Shown here piece by piece: positions 37,382 to 40,853 of a stretch of 40,853 nt of DNA. Position 1 is the first letter of the stretch; every line of letters starts with the position of its first letter. The stretch is from an uncultured Clostridium sp. (GTDB lineage Bacteria; Bacillota; Clostridia; TANB77; CAG-508), in assembly GCA_900555085.1 (NCBI GenBank), contig USJU01000001.1, forward strand, positions 1-40,853. The letters are read 5' to 3'. A program made the position numbers and the translations under genes. Below the pieces are notes generated by a model. It was given only the letters and a program-made list of their open reading frames with translations, searched no databases and was not told where the DNA came from.

Positions 37382-38086
37382 ATGGATATTTTAAAAATTA
37401 TTATTTTATCTTCAAGTTCTTTATTTGTTCTTTTTATTTTAGCTAAAATTATGGGAAATAAAGAAATCTCTCAATTAAGCACTTTTGATTATATAATAGG
37501 AATAACTATTGGCTCTATTGCAGCTGAAATGTCTACTGCTCTTGAAAGTGATTTTATGCAACCTCTAGTTGCTATGATTGTATATACTTTAATTACTGTT
37601 CTTATTTCTTTTATTAATTCAAAATCTTTAAAAATTCGTAGGGTTATAACTGGTACTTCTCTAGTTTTATATGATAATGGAAATTTATTTAAAAATAATT
37701 TTAAAAAATCTAAATTAGATTTAACAGAATTTTTAATGCTATGCAGAACTGCAGGATACTTTAATTTAAGTGAATTACAAACTGTACTTATAGAACCTAA
37801 CGGAAAGTTAAGCTTTTTACCTAAGTCTAATAGTAAACCTGCTACACCTAAAGACTTGAACTTAGATTTGCCAAACGAAAAAGTTTTAGTTGATGTTGTT
37901 TTAGATGGAAAAATATTAAGAGAAAATTTATTCCAAACAGGAAATAATGAAATATGGCTACAAAAGGAACTTGCCTCTCAAGGATACAATGACATAAATA
38001 ATATTTTTTTAGCAACAGTAGATTCTAATAATAATTTGAGTATTTATAAAAAGATTTTAAAAAATACAAAAGATGTTTTTGAATAA
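37382..38086 (+). CDS. DUF421 (YetF-like) membrane protein
   Basis: N-terminal TM helices and LSTFDYIIGITIGSIAAEM are typical of the DUF421 family. Confidence 0.75.
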   Translation: MDILKIIILSSSSLFVLFILAKIMGNKEISQLSTFDYIIGITIGSIAAEMSTALESDFMQPLVAMIVYTLITVLISFINSKSLKIRRVITGTSLVLYDNGNLFKNNFKKSKLDLTEFLMLCRTAGYFNLSELQTVLIEPNGKLSFLPKSNSKPATPKDLNLDLPNEKVLVDVVLDGKILRENLFQTGNNEIWLQKELASQGYNDINNIFLATVDSNNNLSIYKKILKNTKDVFE

Positions 38087-38094
38087 AACTTTAT

Positions 38095-38123
38095 TTGACA
38101 AATTTGTAGTTCTGTATTATAAA
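38095..38123 (+). promoter_or_regulatory. sigma-A-type promoter
   Basis: TTGACA (38095-38100), a 17-nt spacer, then TATAAA (38118-38123), upstream of the 126-aa ORF. Confidence 0.55.
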
Positions 38124-38154
38124 TTATTTTAAATTAAATAAAGGAGGTGATTTT

Positions 38155-38535
38155 ATGAATTTACGTGAAATTTCATCTTCTGTTTCAAATTCTTTGAGTG
38201 ATAGAATTAGTTCTGTTATGCAAAGTGATTTTTTACAATCTTTAGAAAATTTTTTATCTAATGGCGGAAAGGATATAAAAATGATAGAAACTGCAACTGT
38301 TGATAGAATTGAAAATGATTTTGCTGTTTGTGAGCTTTCAGATAAAAGCTTTTTAAACATTCCTTTATCTAAATTTAATTTTGATATTTCTGAAAGCGAT
38401 ATTGTTAAATTAAATTTAACTTATGAAAATGGCAAAATTTCAGAAGTTTCTGTTATTTCAAAAGATGATAATGAAAAACAAATAAGACAGAAATTAATTC
38501 AAGATAAATTTCAAAGTCTTAGAAAAAAATCTTAA
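38155..38535 (+). CDS. DUF3006-like small protein with an N-terminal extension
   Basis: Strong SD AAAGGAGGTGA upstream. TVDRIENDFAVCELSDKSFLNIP resembles the DUF3006 core. Confidence 0.6.
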   Translation: MNLREISSSVSNSLSDRISSVMQSDFLQSLENFLSNGGKDIKMIETATVDRIENDFAVCELSDKSFLNIPLSKFNFDISESDIVKLNLTYENGKISEVSVISKDDNEKQIRQKLIQDKFQSLRKKS

Positions 38536-38553
38536 ATATTTCTGCCTTTTATT

Positions 38554-39522
38554 TTAATTTCCATTTGTTTTTGTTTCAAAATGTTCAATTTTTAAATCTT
38601 TTCCATCAGTTGTAATTAATATTGTTCCTTTTTCATCGGTTCTATGTATTTCACAGCCTGCATCTTGTAGTCTTTTTAAGGTTTGCTTTGTTGGATGTCC
38701 ATAGTCATTATTCTTTCCTACAGATATAATTGCATATTTGGGTTTTATTTTATTTAATAAAGTTTGTGATGTACTTGTTGATGAACCATGGTGCCCCACT
38801 TTTAATACTGTTGTTTCTTTAACTTTTAACTTACTTTCTACAACTTCTTCTGCATCTCCGGTAAATAAAAAGCTTTTTTCTCCAAAAACTACTCTAATTA
38901 CAATTGAACAATTATTTAAATTAACATTATCATTTTTTACCGAAAGCACTTCTGCCTCTGCAGTTCCAACATTGAATTTATCACCTATTTTTGGAACAGT
39001 AATTTGTAAGTTTTTATTGGCAATAGCATTTAAAACATCTTCATAAGTTTTGGTATTTGTAGTTGTCTCTGGCATATATACTTCCCCAATTTCGAAACTA
39101 TTTATTACATTATCTAAGCCGCCTATATGATCTTCATGTGGGTGAGTACCTACAACATAATCTAATTTACTAATTCCTAGAGATTTTATATAGTTAACAA
39201 CCAATTCGCCATCTTCGTTATTTCCTGCATCTATAAGCATTGAACTTTTATTGTTTACTAATAATATACAATCAGCTTGACCTACATCTATAAAATAAAC
39301 TTTTAGTTTTCCATCTGCTTCTGGTATACTAGTTTCTTCTTTAGGTTTAAAATTCTTTGCTAATTTTTCTGTTGCTTGTTTTGTATTTGTTTCTACATTT
39401 GCAATATATTCATCATAACTCACATAATCTTTGCCTAAATAAATTGCACTAACTACAGCAATTACAGCAACTAGAATACCTATAATTTTATTTATTTTTT
39501 TATTCTTTTTCTTTCGACTCAT
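38554..39522 (-). CDS. membrane-anchored MBL-fold metallo-hydrolase (ComEC/Rec2 C-terminal-domain-like)
   Basis: N-terminal TM anchor IIGILVAVIAVVSAIYL. MBL motifs GTHPHEDHIGG (HxHxDH) and VGHHGS. Confidence 0.8.
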   Translation of the reverse strand: MSRKKKNKKINKIIGILVAVIAVVSAIYLGKDYVSYDEYIANVETNTKQATEKLAKNFKPKEETSIPEADGKLKVYFIDVGQADCILLVNNKSSMLIDAGNNEDGELVVNYIKSLGISKLDYVVGTHPHEDHIGGLDNVINSFEIGEVYMPETTTNTKTYEDVLNAIANKNLQITVPKIGDKFNVGTAEAEVLSVKNDNVNLNNCSIVIRVVFGEKSFLFTGDAEEVVESKLKVKETTVLKVGHHGSSTSTSQTLLNKIKPKYAIISVGKNNDYGHPTKQTLKRLQDAGCEIHRTDEKGTILITTDGKDLKIEHFETKTNGN

Positions 39523-39592
39523 TTTATCACCAGAAAAATTATAACATAAAAAATAAAAAAATGTATTATTATTTTTCTTATTTATAAATCCA

Positions 39593-39621
39593 TTGACTAA
39601 ATAATTTATTTAATATACAAT
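39593..39621 (+). promoter_or_regulatory. sigma-A-type promoter
   Basis: TTGACT (39593-39598), a 17-nt spacer, then TACAAT (39616-39621). Confidence 0.55.
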
Positions 39622-39648
39622 TTTCCATATAATATTTGGGAGGTTAAT

Positions 39649-40853
39649 ATGGAAAAGAAATTTATTAATGTTTCTGCAAATGAAAACAATCCTTTATGGA
39701 ATAAAATTATTATGCGTGAAACACCTTTATATAAAAGAGATAATGATTTACGTACAGATTTTGAGAGAGATTATACTCGTGTTATTTATACAAATGCTTA
39801 CCGTAGAATGAAACATAAAACTCAAGTTTTTTTTCTCCTACAAATGACCATATTTGTACAAGAATTGATCATGTTAATAATGTTGAATCTATTAGCTACA
39901 CCATTGCCAATGCTTTAGGCTTAAATACTTCTCTTACAAAAGCAATTGCAACTGCACACGATATTGGGCATAGTCCTTTTGGGCATAGAGGTGAAAAAAT
40001 TCTTTCAAATATTTCTCAAAAGGAAATTGGTGAAACTTTTTGGCATGAAAAAAATGGTTTAGATGTTGTAGATAAAATCGAGCTTTTAGAAGATAACAAT
40101 GGTTTTAAGAAAAACTTAGATTTAACCTATGCTGTTAGAGATGGTATTATTTCTCATTGCGGGGAAGTAAATGAAAAATTTCTAAAACCTCGTGAAGAAT
40201 TTATAGACTTACAAACTTACATAACACCTAACCAATATTCTCCATTTACTTGGGAGGGGTGTGTGGTAAAAATATCAGATAAAATTTCATATATAAGTAG
40301 AGATATTGAGGATGCAATTTTACTTGGTCTTTTAGATGATAGTTTGGAAGAGTTACATGAAATATTAAAATTTGAAAAGAAAGCAATTATAAACAATTCT
40401 GTTATTATTAATAAATTAATTTTCGATTTATGCACAAATTCAAATCCAGATGATGGTTTGATATTTTCAGATGAAAGTTTACAATTATTAGATAATATTA
40501 AAGCATTTAATTATAAAAATATCTATTATTCAGATAAGGTTTTAGCTTCTGAAAAATACTTTGAATTAGTATTAACTCAAATATTTGAAATATTAAAATC
40601 CGCTTATGATAAAGAAAACACATTAGAAAATTTAAATAAAATGAAAAAAAATTATAATTCAGTTGTAACACCTTTTATAAAATGGATAAATTGTTACTGG
40701 AATTTAACAGATAGAGAGAATACAAATTTACAAAATAAAATTTTGTTTGATATAAATAATAAGAAAGATTATTTAAAAGCTATAATTTATTATATTTCTG
40801 GTATGACTGATAATTATGCTATTGAATGTTATAATAATATAATTGGATTCTAA
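39649..40853 (+). pseudogene. HD-domain dGTPase-like triphosphohydrolase, interrupted by a frameshift in a T8 run (39827-39834)
   Basis: Frame 1 encodes ...RTDFERDYTRVIYTNAYRRMKHKTQVFF. The conserved continuation SPTNDHICTRIDHVNNVE...ATAHDIGHSPFGH...VVKISDKISYISRDIEDAI is open in the adjacent frame from 39834 to the TAA at 40851-40853. One additional T would restore a single ORF. Confidence 0.8.

Noticed and set aside
38124-38360. A 78-aa minus-strand ORF overlapping the start of the DUF3006-like gene.
   Set aside because: It has no RBS and lies antisense to an ORF that has a strong SD and promoter. Its composition is unremarkable.

Overview
Strongly AT-rich, Firmicutes-type chromosomal segment. 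Housekeeping genes sit on both sides of an integrative element of about 24 kb (10511-34492). Left core block: mutL, two tiny Cys/Gly-rich membrane peptides, groES-groEL with a CIRCE operator, pyrG, deoD, dgkA, uvrC. Right core block: a small nucleotidyltransferase-fold gene, the glmS ribozyme plus glmS, a DUF421-like membrane protein, a DUF3006-like protein, a membrane-anchored MBL/ComEC-type hydrolase, and an HD-domain dGTPase-like gene broken by a frameshift in a T8 run. The element is bounded by a perfect 16-bp direct repeat. It carries a tyrosine integrase, an Xis-like HTH protein and a replisome-organiser/DnaC-like replication module. I recognise no virion, relaxase or T4SS genes. Its cargo is almost entirely conflict-system genes: (1) a predicted ABC-three-component (ABC-3C) system made of an HNH effector, a 69-aa middle component and a DUF2326-type ABC ATPase; (2) a type I R-M system (hsdM-hsdS-hsdR) with an extra membrane-anchored ORF between hsdS and hsdR; (3) five tightly packed uncharacterised genes directly downstream of hsdR, including a PD-(D/E)xK nuclease-like protein and a multi-pass membrane protein; (4) an HTH-Fic protein; (5) a cassette with a large HEPN-domain protein and an AbiA-like reverse transcriptase-HEPN fusion, whose reading frame is interrupted by a single in-frame TGA. 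The best candidates for undescribed biology are the HEPN/RT cassette, the five-gene tail of the R-M operon and the ABC-3C locus. The first 190 nt are a GC-richer fragment of a conjugative-element gene. All protein-family calls come from reading motifs and from recall. No database search was run.
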